DNA of 64,000 nt from Phoronis australis (taxonomy: Eukaryota > Animalia > Phoronida), in assembly GCA_002633005.1 (NCBI GenBank), contig NMRA01000712.1:1-64000 (forward strand), read 5' to 3'. The notes beneath the pieces are model-generated. The model had not been told where the DNA came from. It saw only the letters and a list, made by a program, of their open reading frames with translations, and ran no database searches. Position 1 is the first letter of the stretch. Every line of letters starts with the position of its first letter. Made by a program: the position numbers and the translations under genes. Below, one piece after another: positions 1-12,360 of the stretch.

Positions 1-1310
1 TTCTGAATTTATGTCTGTTCGATCAAAAATGTGCGTTGTAATCTAGCTCAGAAGAGATGGAAAACATTCGACTACACTTTTGTTAGAAAAAATAAACGCA
101 ACTGTAAACATGGACAATTTTTCACCCTAGTTTTATTTTCTCAAATATTGTCCGAAACAGCAAAAGATATAAATATTAATTTAAAGCGAAGTTTAAAATT
201 CTGGCTCTGTTTACATTTTATCATGCCCTTCCTACGAAAATTCAGAATTTTGCGAAATAAACTACACAAAACAGAAAAGCTGACACATTACTTAAAGCCT
301 TCTACAGGCCGATTGCAACAGACACAGTGCTTTAATTTCACTGCTCATAATCAGCAAGCCTGGTTGAGGAATTTTGCAAGTGTTTCATAACTACAACAGT
401 TTTCACTGAAACTGCATTACTTCCAAAGCATTCTTTTCTGATGCTTTGGTAAGTGAAACACTGACCGACATGGTGTTCTGGTGTTTCGTCTTCCATCCAG
501 CACTTCGGACAGCCGGAATCTGTTGCTCAACCTGTTATTTTCTTATATTTCTGCTAGTTACAGTGACCTGTTATCACTTGCATTATCAACTGCAGTTGAG
601 ACCTGATCAGATTCAAAAGCTTGGTAGCGAACCTGGGGAGCTACCCAGCTCACCACCTTTTTTGTTCTTCTACAAACACTTCTGTGACTAACAGTTAAAA
701 AACTCATCTCCGCTTGCTCATTGTGCTTGAGAAGAACATTTTGTTATTGCTTGGGGACATAAAACAAATTCCTAGCTAAGGTCATTTTGAGCAATAACTC
801 GATGTCAAACAATTACCAACCGGAAGTTCTCCCGGAGGCCAGAAATCACGTCCAACCTAAGTAAGGAACAATTTGAGACCTTTTTTATAGTCTGGAAAAT
901 CACTGATGTAAATGCTAAAATTCCCTGTGAGTACTTTGGATAGCCTTGCACACTGCTGGTTGTGTTGTATTTGTGTTTAGCCTGAGTGTTGAATGAAGTT
1001 TCTACAGTTGAATACATTTTGTGATTTCATGACCTATTTGCATACGTACGTTTTGGGTATCTTAGCTTATTTACTGCACTTTTAGGCATTGGCAGTGTTA
1101 CTTTTGATTTGAACAAGGAAGGTTTACGATGTGTAAAGAGTGTCATTATTGAGAACTGAACGAACAAATGAACGAATGAACGAAGGCATCCATTTGTTCG
1201 GGTATTTCATTAAAAACTTTACTTGGGACTCCACTCTTCATTTAATACTCACACTAGTTTTGCAGGTTTAAGTAATCTGTGAAAATAGCGAAAAAAATGT
1301 GAGTGCTTAC

Positions 1311-1434
1311 ATCTTGTTTAGTGACTAGAGTTTGTGGCCCCAGGAAGTTCTTGCCACATCCGATAGACTTCGGCAGCAGACGGTTATGAACCGGCTCACT
1401 GTCAAACCCTAAACACACTTGATGAAGCCAGGAA
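1311..1434 (-). CDS. POLH: POLH coding exon 7 (WLHQVCLGFDSEPV..LPKSIGCGKNF)
   Basis: CTTCAG acceptor, GTAAGC donor, 124 nt. Confidence 0.93.
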
Positions 1435-4400
1435 CTGAAGGAAAAACAATAAGAAAAGTAAGAGAAGTCAAACAAAGTCTTGTCTTTTAAAGCTAACACA
1501 AACACAAAGAATGGAGAGATAACCCAACAAAAGCAGATGAGACAGTTTCCTTGTGGGAAGAAGAGATACATACTCAGTGAGTAAAATTGTGGTCTGATCT
1601 AGCCACCTGGACATGAGATCAAAAAAATGATCAAAATCAAAAAATTAAACTTGAATTTCGACCAATAGCGCGACACACTTAGATTTAAGTTTCAAATTTC
1701 ATGCAATGTGACCCGTCAATGAGCCTCGGTGGTACACAAAGATAATTTCACGAGTGGCAGGTTCGACAAGAAAAGCATTATTGTGGTGACTAACTACACA
1801 CTTTGGCAAAGTTTCACCTTTAAGCACATCCCAGATTACCACACCCCCACAACAATTTTTACCCAAAATGCCACACATCTGGCAGCCTGCAACTTCATCA
1901 TGGCTGCCATAGTGGTTATCATGTCATGTTGAAATAGCTGTCTCATCCCCAATCTTTCCCCAGCAAAGGTTTCCTTTTGCAGTGCAGACATTACTCAGCA
2001 AATCAAAGTGGTTCCAGGCATTGTGTTAGGGAGGTCACCGATGCAGTTCACTACCAGTGCACCATGCTGTTTTGCCACAAAGTGTATGACAGATGTGAAA
2101 TAAGCTGTTTTTACTGCAGCCTTGAAGTGGACTTACCCGGTCTTGCTCCCAAAATAATTGTGCAGTTCTTTTTCAGATAGCTTGCACAAATCAGCCATTG
2201 TTTCACAGGCCAGAACTTCCTTTATCTCACGACCTAGCTTGCCTCCAAAGTTTCTCCTGAAAGACAAGACAGAAGTTAATGGGAGTTTTACGTTTCACAT
2301 TTGCCAATGCACTAACCTCTACATTCAGACAAGATGAAAGTTTTAAAACAAACGAACATGTTTTCAGGGAGATCAGGGCCTAGGTTCAATTTTTTACACT
2401 CAAAATCAAACTAGAATTATTTTTGGCATTACTTTTTCATGAGTACATTATAGTTTATGCTTAGGAGTTTCTAAGTTTTCAGTCCAAGTTCATACTCAAT
2501 GGTCTCTATGTTCGAGCTCCAAGCTCAAGTAAAAATTCAAAATTTCGAGTTAAGGCTTGAACTTTTAGATTTAACACTGGGCTCATTACGTGCAAACTAC
2601 AATTTGAGATTTATCCACGTAAGACATTACGTATTCGAGAATAGAGTTATTGACACATATCTTCAGTTTGCACAAAAGTTGAATAGAAAATCCCCAAAAT
2701 AAGCGATTCTAACAGTCATGGGGATTTCTCAATCATTGGAGGGGAATTTCGCGTGATGTTTAAGTATTTGTCAGAGGGGAATGAGGCCAACAGTCATCCC
2801 CAAACTGAGGCATCGTGGGTCATGTGACCTCAAGCAATAACAAACTGAGGCATCGTGGGTCATGTGACCTCAAGCAATAGCAAACTGAGGCATCGTGGGT
2901 CATGTGACCTGTGACCTCAAGCAATAACAAACTTCAGTTCTTTCCAAGCTCAGAAATCAAACATGCGCCTACCCAGGGGGGGTTCAAACGAGCCTCCTAT
3001 TTTTAGCGAAGTGGGCAAAAAGGTCCGGCTCAGAGAAACAAAAGATACGAAAAAATTAAAAAACGAGATAAAATTCCACTAAATAGGCAGGAACTACCAA
3101 AAATCAGGGAATGCACAATTCATAGCTCTGAACGTACCCCATGAACCTTAGTAAAATGTCCACATTCTCAAATATTCAAGCCCCCCTCCCTGTTTTTAGG
3201 CTGGGTGCGTGCATGTTAAAAGACCGAGTTGGCTTCAGTTTTATAAAGGAACACAGTTTGAATGAAAGGATTGGCCTTTTTGGCATGTTTGGCTTCACAG
3301 CAGCTTCAAAATATATATGTCAAGCAAACAACTGATTGGACCCTGAACTTCCCACAACAATCTGATTCAGGAACTTGTATGAAGAGAACAATGTCTTACA
3401 ACTTATCAACTGGCAACGTCTGATAGAGAATGGGTACGGAGCCATGTGGAAGGATGGTCTGTTTGTTTGGCTTGTTGATTCCACAAGCAATCTTAGCCAG
3501 CATCTGAAGAGTAATAAAACAATCGACTTTTATTACATAAAATTTGAACAAAATCTCATGAGCGGATATGGCCTGTACATTGCCCTTTCTGGTCAAATTT
3601 CTTTAGATCGCGTACGTTAAACAATTCTAATTTTAGGCTAGTTACAACTGTAGATTGTGTATATTTCAAGAATTAGACTCGAATGTGCAGGCGAAAAAAG
3701 CACCAGTTAGTTACATCAAAGCATTACATTAAGGAAATGTGAGATTGATCAAACTGCATTTAGTCTAAAATCTCTTCCAGAAACAAATCTTCAGTGTAAC
3801 CGCATATCTTGGCAGAAGTGTGTGCTTCCAGCAATTGTGTGGAGTGAGTGGTGCCTGACACAGATAAGTGTGCTTTAGTTCCACACACACACAGTGTAAC
3901 CAACAAGTAGAATTATATTTTTGAAATTTGTACCTCAGCTCAGTGCAGTTTGTGTTGTGCAGGTACCACAAAACAAATCTCATAGACAGGTAAATTTTCA
4001 AAAATTAATGACAAAATGAATCTGAAATATGGAAAAGTGCAGTTTTAGAAAAACATTTTTATTGAATTTAAAACAGATTTACCAAATTACCAATTATCTA
4101 CTAAAAATTCACTAGTCTAATAAATATTAAAGAAAAATTTTCTATTCAGAAAGAGAACAAAGGTGGAATACCTTGTTATGGCCTATGCCTGCTGAACAAC
4201 GAAAGCCTGTCTCCTTGAAGACAGCGGCTCTCATCTCCTCAGCAATCACGGCACCCATGGCTAGCTGTTGGTTGTAAACATTCGCACTGTCGTCACCCTG
4301 GATGTGTGTCAACCACTCTGAAGTGCCACGGCTAACTGAAAGATGAGCAGAAAATTCAACAGTTTAATACAGTATGCATCTATTTCATTACAGAATTCTA

Positions 4401-7400
4401 AGATTATCACGAAATCTAAGCATTTTACTACAAACACTTTATTACTAGTTGTAAGAATTTAAATATCAATTGAAGTTACTTTGTCCCGCTACACAACTTG
4501 TCACTTACATACCACTGGGGTCTAACCCACAAATGCATAGTAATTGTAACTAAACACAATACATCTACTATGCCCTCTTGGTCATTCAACATCACATTTG
4601 GTCTGCTCAGCCCAGTTCCCACTAATAGCAACAGAGGTCAGTGTAGTAAACTGACTGAGACAGATCATTAAGTTTCAAACTAAAGTTGTAGATGTACTAT
4701 TATTTCTGCCACATCCAGGTTATACTAAAAGCATTTGAAAATGATCAACTCAAAGAGGACATGAACCCGTGTTCAATCAAAGAAGTTGCCATTTACCACC
4801 GTGACTATAAAACTGATCTCAACTTGTTCCGAACTCAGATGAAAAGTGGTTTCAGGGCTTGGAAAAGCTGAGGGTTCATTACTGCTTGAGAAGAGCTGGT
4901 CACAAGCAATAACTAACTGACAGTTCATTCCAATCCCTGGAATCGCTTCTAATTTGACTAAGATACAATTTGAGACTAGTAACATAATGTGAAGGTTATC
5001 CAGGATCTTAATAAACAACCTCAACTTTAAGTGAAATATCGAAAAAAATGATTTGTCAACCATTAGAAGTATATAATTTCTGACAGGAGAAAGATCAAGG
5101 ATACTAAAAATATGCTTCTTACAACTGTGTCTTAATTACTGTCCAGCGACAAAGTTTTTTAAGTCAAACTTAAACGTGCAATATAAGTTCATTCAGCTGA
5201 TTTTACTAAAATTTTTTTAAGGTTATGTCTCAAAAACGCCGTTGGGAAATTAGCCTTAAAATGCCTAGTTTTCCGTACCAAGAGATATACCAATGAGACT
5301 GTTTTTTTACAAAAATGCCTTGTTTTTTTGAAATTAATTTGGCATAAAACCTGAACTAAGTAAATAACCAAAAATTCCTAAAAGTGTTTTTGAGACAAAA
5401 CATAAAGTTTTCATTTAAAAAAATTTCAGCGAAATCGGCTGGGGGAATATTTTGCTATGTCAATGTACCTTTCCTGCGCATGAAAATTTAACTTTAAAAA
5501 ATGTGGTCATGTGACACTAATTGAGACAAAGTAATAAGAAACCTAATATTTTTACAATCCTCCATCTTTCTCCTTTCAGAAAATTTATACTTTTATTGAT
5601 TGACAAAGAATGTTTTTTCGATATTTGACTTAGAGTTGAGGTCGTTTACTAAGGTTCTAGATAACTTTAAGTGGATTAAATCAAATTTTATTTTCGTAAC
5701 ATGTGGGTTTAGTGGACACTTAACATATTGTTCACTTGTTAAATCTTCCAACATCACCAATTTAGAACTCAAGACTCACAAGTTCTCTGAATTCACTTAC
5801 TGATATTTGACTTCATCTCCCCGTTTTCACTGCCTCCCCCAAAACTGTCGGAATCTTGTTTCTGGTCATCCCACCCAACCACAAATGTGTTCGGCAAGAT
5901 ATCCGGAGTTATCTCCCCTGAGTGGTGAGCTAGCCTCTCTTTAACCTCATTGGTCACATCCAGGTAAGCCTCGTCGACTGAAGCCCGCTCTACACAAGCG
6001 CAAAATTTGCACAAAGTGGTGATAACCTCAACACATGCTTCTCGATATCTGTAAAAAATACTGATGCCTTAACCACATCTAACGTGCAAAAAATATTCCT
6101 TTCTTGATCCTATCTTGCAATTGCCTGCTTGATCCCATCAAATAATTGTCTGGAAAAGCACAGTTTTTTCTTTCAGGGGTCTCACTTACCGAAAGTGCAT
6201 TGTAATTATTTGGTTGAGGGAAACCCCCCCCCCCTCCCCTCAGTCAACACCAACACCCACGATAGCCACCCTCATCACCAATATCTCAAAGTAGAAGTGA
6301 TATCAGTGCCAAACTAAAATCACCAGACTGGTTCAATTTCGTCCTATACGATTAAAGTTCATTCAAAACTCAACCAACCCTTAAGTGAAACAAAATACCC
6401 TTGTAATTGCCAAAATTAAAACTTTTCCACTTTCACAAAAGTTGATTGCAATGTCAAAATATTCCAAATTCCACCTATTTCTATGTTTTGCCTTACAGTT
6501 GTTCAAATCATTCTAATCATGAAGTTGACTTTTTCTTGAGGTTTATTTTCGCTAAAAAATTTACAAAACAATTATTCTCCATGTTTAGTACAAAAGTATT
6601 CAGAACAAAATCAACGAAGCCAATACCTGGTCAAGTCTGCCTTTCCACGCACTTCAGGAACTCTTGCAAATTTTAGCTCAGGACAAATCTTCAGTGCTTC
6701 GTCTCCGCGGATATTACGCTTAACACCTCGAGCTCTGGCTTCATAACTCACGGCGATTATGCTGAAAATGTAAATCAAACAGTCACTAAGATAAAGTGCC
6801 CATAACATTTCTTCATAAAAAACAATGATGACAAGTGAGTAGGTGATCAACTAAGATGTGATTTTCCCGTCGTGAACGTTCAGTACCTCTTGGTGACACT
6901 ATTTATGACAAAGTAAAACAAGTCAGTTTGACTTCATATGGACTAAGACAGGTGGGCTTATACCAGAGCAGGTTGACATAAAGTTTCCATAAATTCTAAA
7001 AGAAATATTCGAAGAAAAATGCCATTCATTGATTTTTCAGCTACTCACTGAATTGTCAAAAATGTTCAAAATTCCATCTTGCGTTTATTGATGACAACCA
7101 TACAATATGAAGTTTTCGAATAATCAAGCAAAAATTTGTCTTCTTGTTTACTCTTTAATATTGAAAATTTTGTTGAATAAAACTTAACTGTTCATCCATA
7201 TTGTGTTCTAATATAAAGAAACTTTACCCATACGTACAAAAGAAAAGAAAAATTGGAGGATGGCTCATACGCAGGTGAATACCAAAATTATTTTGTCATT
7301 ATGTGCTTTAATGCTTATAGACACTACAAAATTGACATGGCTAATCTAGAGCAGCGCCTCAAATTGTGTTTTACGATCAGGGGAAAAATTCCAAGCCGCC

Positions 7401-8177
7401 ACAAAGTCGCCACTGTGAGTATTAAAGTCAGAGAATAATTACCACTAAGTTCATTTCAAAGTTAGTGTTGACTTCCAAATGTTAAATTACTAAGTTCCTG
7501 GATTTATTACCTATGGTTCTCAGTTGCTCCGTTTATTTCGTAAAGTCAGCAAATTTGCCACCACGTTTAAATTACAACAGGAGTAAACCGACACATGTTG
7601 GAATTGCTTGGCAAAAATTGGGCAAGATCAGCGAAATTCACGCCATCAGCCCATGCGGTCGTATGCATTCTATGTTTGCTCCTCGTCGGCAGAAAGAATT
7701 GAGTTGAAGAATGAAAGTGATTTAGGCATTTACAAGGAATAAGAAATTGGAGAAGCGCAATAGAATGCGTGGTCTACGAACCAATTGTTACGCATAGAAA
7801 TTAATGCTTGGACTTGATTTAGGCGACCTCAGATTTCGTTTGGCGACCTGGGATTTTTTCCAGGTCACCAATTGCGACTTGGCATTTAGCTAAGTGTTGA
7901 AGGCTGTAAAGGTTTATCTTATTAGACATAACTGCCAAAACGAGAGTTCTCTAAACTAGAAATATGAAGTTAGTATCTACACACGATTTGCTGTTATTAA
8001 TTTAAGCAAATTTCAACTGAATTTCAGTTTGTTGATCTGTGCATACCCGCCCCCTCTGTAGGCGTTGTACTGTAATACGGCACAGGGCGTCCCCTTCAGG
8101 CTCTCATCAAGTCTCTGCTCTACTTGAACATAGAAACAGTCCATATCCACTAATAGGATGACTCGGTCCACCATCAT
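1311..8177 (-). CDS. POLH: DNA polymerase eta (Y-family translesion polymerase), 5' portion; spliced; remaining exons lie off the left edge
   Basis: Exons 8047-8177, 6627-6761, 5801-6048, 4172-4335, 3400-3503, 2137-2256, 1311-1434 join in frame with GT-AG introns. Motifs: RVILLVDMDCFYVQVEQ, CAVLQY, IIAVSYEARARGVKR, GKADLTRYR, VERASVDEAYLD, TGFRCSAGIGHNKMLAKIACGINKPNKQT, GGKLG, PKSIGCGKNF. These are diagnostic of Pol eta. Confidence 0.97.
2137..2256 (-). CDS. POLH: POLH coding exon 6 (RNFGGKLG, helix-hairpin-helix/thumb)
   Basis: TTTCAG acceptor, GTAAGT donor, 120 nt. Confidence 0.93.
2801..2933. repeat. Minisatellite, 40-bp unit CAAACTGAGGCATCGTGGGTCATGTGACCTCAAGCAATAA, ~3.2 copies
   Basis: Near-identical tandem copies read directly; the third has an internal GTGACCT duplication. 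Confidence 0.95.
2962..3215. mobile_element. Short non-autonomous DNA-transposon (MITE-like) remnant
   Basis: Imperfect terminal inverted repeats CATGCGCCTACCCAG ... CTGGGTGCGTGCATG. Confidence 0.5.
3400..3503 (-). CDS. POLH: POLH coding exon 5 (MLAKIACGINKPNKQTILP)
   Basis: CTTCAG acceptor, GTAAGA donor, 104 nt. Confidence 0.95.
4172..4335 (-). CDS. POLH: POLH coding exon 4 (LAMGAVIAEEMRAAVFKETGFRCSAGIGHNK)
   Basis: TTTCAG acceptor, GTATTC donor, frame continuous with neighbours. Confidence 0.92.
4990..5670. mobile_element. Foldback/MITE with long imperfect TIRs, possibly Kolobok-type (TTAA at the right end)
   Basis: Left arm AAGGTTATCCAGGATCTTAATAAACAACCTCAACTTTAAGTGAAATATCGAAAAAA is the reverse complement of the right arm TTTTTTCGATATTTGACTTAGAGTTGAGGTCGTTTACTAAGGTTCTAGATAACTTTAA. 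Similarity extends ~250 bp inward. Superfamily assignment is inference. Confidence 0.8.
5801..6048 (-). CDS. POLH: POLH coding exon 3 (catalytic SVDEAYLD)
   Basis: TACAG acceptor, GTAAGT donor, 248 nt. Confidence 0.93.
6627..6761 (-). CDS. POLH: POLH coding exon 2 (IIAVSYEARARGVKR...GKADLT)
   Basis: TTTTCAG acceptor, GTATTG donor, 135 nt. Confidence 0.95.
8047..8177 (-). CDS. POLH: POLH coding exon 1 (MMVDRVILLVDMDCFYVQVEQRLDESLKGTPCAVLQYNAYRGGG)
   Basis: Acceptor TTGTCAG before 8193, ATG at 8177, donor GTATGC at 8046; not in the ORF track. Confidence 0.95.
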
Positions 8178-8877
8178 GTAACATTATCGTCACCTGACAA
8201 GAAAATAGAAAATACGAATGTAGACAAGAACTCTCAGGTATTTCACTCAGCGTTTATTCAGAGATCAATGATTACAATCTGTAATACAATACTTTCAATG
8301 AAGGAACCAGGGCATCTCATGTGGCCAACCAGACGAACCCAAATGGTGACTTTTGAAAGCTGGTTTGCAAACTAGAGTGCTGTGTTAGAAAATCCAATGC
8401 AACTTGGATTTGTGGTCCGTGGTTATTGTGACTACATTGTTCTCAAAGCCAGTGTGTTTTATTTCATGCTTTTCTCAAATTTCTTAAATGCGTTAGAAGA
8501 AGTAGCAACCAAGATCACTACAACCCCTAAGATTTGGTAAGTATTAATCACGTAAAGTTAAAAATTTATTGAATGTCATTTGATTGAACTGGGAGAGCTC
8601 TTCGTCTCATTTCACGACGAGCAACCTCATAGAGTGTCTACACATGTTCCAGTAGCAGACAGTGACATGCACCCTGACCTTTGGCTTTGGATTTGACAAT
8701 TACATCACCTACCTCGTAGAAAACTACTCATTCAAAATACAGCGAATAACAAATGAAACATATGCATTTATACACTGAATTATAATTAACACATACCATG
8801 ACTCTGGAAACAATTTAGTCAAAATAATTTGAACATATCCTTGATAATCTACCGCAATTCACTCGAGCTTCCCTCAC

Positions 8878-8909
8878 CGGGTGTCTTTTTGCTGAAGTTA
8901 CGCAAGGGC
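8878..8909 (-). other. POLH: Candidate 32-nt non-coding 5'UTR exon of POLH
   Basis: Minus strand: polypyrimidine TTGTTTTTTGTTCTTAAACAG acceptor and GTGAGG donor. Confidence 0.4.
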
Positions 8910-9429
8910 CTGTTTAAGAACAAAAAACAAATGGAACACAAGTCTTGCAAATTCCACTGGAGATCTAGCCATACCACATTTTGCAAGTGTCACCTGCTTC
9001 ACTCAGTCTCTTGTTGCCTATCTAAACTCACGACACGTGATGTCCATTCGAATTTTTTGTATATTATAGTTAATTTATCAGCACAAAAAAAGTTAATGGT
9101 GACTAGAAAAGTTGAGTTGGAATTCTTTGCCAAAGTAATCTTACTTCATGTAGACATGCTTATCAAGGATATGAATAAAACTAGAAATGGTCGATGAAGA
9201 AAGTAAGTGTTTTTTAAGAGACCATTTCGAGAGTAAAATGCATTTTTGACGAGGATTTCAGCTTCCGCCTGTATAAAATAAGTGATGAGATTAGAACAGG
9301 AATTGATGGGGAGGACTGTATAGCTCGTGGGACTCAATCAAGCCAATACTCTAGCAATAAGGTTGACGCAGGGCTAGAATTATGGGCCCTCTTTCATTGT
9401 AAATCCACCAGACATCCTAACAAAAGCTT

Positions 9430-9895
9430 ACATGCAAACACGACCACAGAAACCAACACAAGCAAGATCCTAAATTTTGCGCCGAAGGATTGCAGCGCCC
9501 TCTGTAATAAACGGAAGTGGCTTGGGCTGTTCTCTTCACAAAGTTCACAACTGCAAAAGGAAAACCGGTTTTGCGTCCAGTAACAAACAAAAAAGGTGTT
9601 TCAATTGCTAAAAAACCACATAAACTGGCCGTAGTGACCATTCAATAGTTTTTTGACTAGCTTTGATACTCAGGGTGGAAAATATAAGTAATTCAATGCG
9701 GGAGTAGCCTTGCTTGATGAAACAGCACAAGATCATAAACCAATGAAATGTTCTTTTACAAACTCTGTAGGTGTGTACCGGTCCTGTCGTCGTAGCAGAA
9801 GTGGGAGAAACCAACGAATTTTTGAGAAAAGACAGGGTTGAAACTCATTGTTACGCAAGGTTTGCATGATTTGAGCGCGTTTGCCTACCGTAAGT
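9430..9895. promoter_or_regulatory. Probable bidirectional promoter region shared by POLH (-) and RRBP1-like (+), including both putative first non-coding exons
   Basis: Outward-facing donors: GTAAGC on the minus strand at 9431 and GTAAGT on the plus strand at 9890. ETS-type CGGAAGTG near 9512 and CCAAT near 9740. Both coding starts are preceded by splice acceptors, so upstream exons must exist. Confidence 0.55.
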
Positions 9896-12155
9896 TGATT
9901 GTCAGTTTAAAGCAGTGTTTTGATGCAGTCTATGATTTAAATATTTCTTTGTTTTTACTCGAAATCGGAGATCCGTGCTGGAGTCAGAATTTCACATGTG
10001 AGAATCAAGACACTTGCAACGTAAGCAGCAGCTCATTATAGGCCGTTCATTTCGGGGGATCAGTTGCGGCTCAATTTACTTTAAATTAATCGCTACTTCG
10101 GCAGTTTTTTTTTCAACATGCCTTCTGATCAAAGTAAATGGGTGTAGCAGGTATTTTGTATTATGGTTATCTGCTAAGCTTTCACCATGTGAAGTTTGAT
10201 AAAATCCGTCCAACTCCCAATTTCCCTAAAAAGCACAATTGTCTGTAATGCGCACAATGCTGTCTAGTGTGGATGGTGAAAGTCCAATGTAATTTACCTG
10301 TGATTCTGCCTGGGTAGTGAGAGAGAATTACTTCCTCTAAAACCCATTATTTAATGCACTTGACTGGTTCTCAAATCAGGAACCGTCATGGGGAAATATT
10401 ACCCAGTGGTACAACAGTAAGAATTAGATGTTTGAAAAGTATTTCCAAGAAAATTATGGCTTTGTTTTGGTTATTGACTTGAATTCGGCTGCACTGCCGA
10501 AAGAGTCATAGACAAGGAAACAAAATGGAAAACTGCAATAATGTCGAAACTGCATTTCACCTTGTTGAGCTGGCTAAGAAGCTAAAATCAAATTAGGCTT
10601 TTTTCGCTCATAAAATGGATGTCGTGGTATTCCTTATGATTGGATTCTATTTCTGTTATGCACGACAACATTGAAGAATTAATGGCTCAAGAAAATTCTT
10701 CTGAGATTGGGGTTGGCCTACCCTAAAGTTACGAATTTGAAAATGGCACGCATTGCCTGTGACTTGAGTTACTGTTTCATTCAGCATCAACTCAAGATTG
10801 GATCAGTGTGTTTGTAGTTTTAAACCTCCAAACACTTCATTCAAGAATTCATTTAACATTAACAGCTAAATAGTGGCGAAATGTGGCTTTAAAACGGAAT
10901 AAATGGTACAAATGTGAATTGTACATATATGTAAACCTAGAAGCAGGTTTAAGCAGCACCTTCTGCCTAAATGGAAAAGTGGCCCTGTGGGTCGATGATG
11001 AACGAAACACAGAAATCTGTGTGTGGGCATCTGTATGCATGCCTTAGTTTGGATGTTTGTCAAATACATATGGTACGTGAATAAACCAGAAAAGGTCATT
11101 GAATCGTGTACTTGTTTTGTTTGACACCTTGTAATTTTGTGTATATCAAGAAGTACGAATTTGTGTGAAATGTGGGTGCAGCAACCCCCAAGCCAGCATT
11201 TGTCAATAGATGGAGCAGTGTACTGCTGCATTTCTGAACATCAGCCAAACGGAATGTTTGAATATTATTTTCCAACCAATTGGAATGTCCATGATATGAA
11301 TGTTAATTCCAATGAGACATCATGCTACTTGGTCAATTTCTATTCATGTAGTAATTGAGGATTGTGAAATATTGATATTCAAACCACTGTTATCCTAAGC
11401 TGTCTCTGAATGTTGGTAGTAGTTCCTTATGTAATAGCAATATTTTCCAGTGGTACATAATGTGCTCAATATAGTCCCACAGGTCCTACTGGTCCCAAAG
11501 GATGTTGGTGTGACATCACACTAATTAAAATAAGTGTGATGTTAAGTGGCATAAATAGCAACAATTGGTTACTGGTGAATTTACGCACATGTAAACATCT
11601 GTGGTATCCAATTGTCTTTGGGATGACCAACTGTTATTAGTGGAAGTCTGGTCGTGTAGATTATTTGATTCTGATGTTTTATTTGGTTGATTTGGGAATT
11701 TAGTACCAGATATGTTGGATTCTTATAGAGCCATGCAGTTACTGAAACAATCCCTTGTTTCATAACAATGAGCAAACTTCTCCTTCGATGTTTAGTATAT
11801 TGGTAAGGTCAACTGAAGTTCACTGCCTGGTTTTGTCCCCTCTGAGACCCACAAGAACATCGCTGTAATACCCATTGATCAATATTAAAACTGCCATGTG
11901 CCTCATGACAATTTCATATCTAGTGAAGTTATCTCCAGTTTCCCAATCCTATGCTTATTGTGCGTATTGTTAATTTCCTAATTATTTGATCATATCGGTT
12001 TTCTACATTTAATTTTCTTACCTTCATACAATAACAAATGTTGAATGTACCCTTGGCTATCATGTTTATTATAGACAAGAACTAAAATTTCCCCTTGGGT
12101 AAAAGGTCCGCAGATGTAATGATTGTGACACGCTTACCTTTCACAGCTGCTGACC

Positions 12156-12360
12156 ATGGAGATTCAAGGCGTAGTGATTGGCGTGGTTATCGTCGTGAGT
12201 TCCGCCATTATTCTCTACTTGATCTCCCTCTGGGGGTTCAGAGAGAAAACTTACGACGAGGTGATCGCCGAACAACGCCAACAGAATGAAGCGGCCCTAG
12301 CTAAGAGCCGAGTGGACAAGGATAAAAGCAAGAAAAAGTTCAAGCATAAGAAAGGAAAAG
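12156..12360 (+). CDS. RRBP1: RRBP1-like coding exon 1 (signal-anchor TM plus Lys-rich region)
   Basis: Acceptor TCACAG at 12146, ACCATGG Kozak context, donor at 12361. Confidence 0.92.

Noticed and set aside
31-1300. ORFs at the left edge as further POLH exons
   Set aside because: No match to the expected next exon (a WLxQLxxELxERL-type peptide) and no convincing splice signals; treated as intron.
2801-2933. Regular repeats here, at 24007-24143 and at 54592-54747 as CRISPR-like arrays
   Set aside because: Units are head-to-tail with no unique spacers, in eukaryotic introns, with no cas genes: they are minisatellites.
11476-11510. Collagen-like PTGPTGPKG stretch
   Set aside because: Only three triplets and no flanking exon structure; likely chance.
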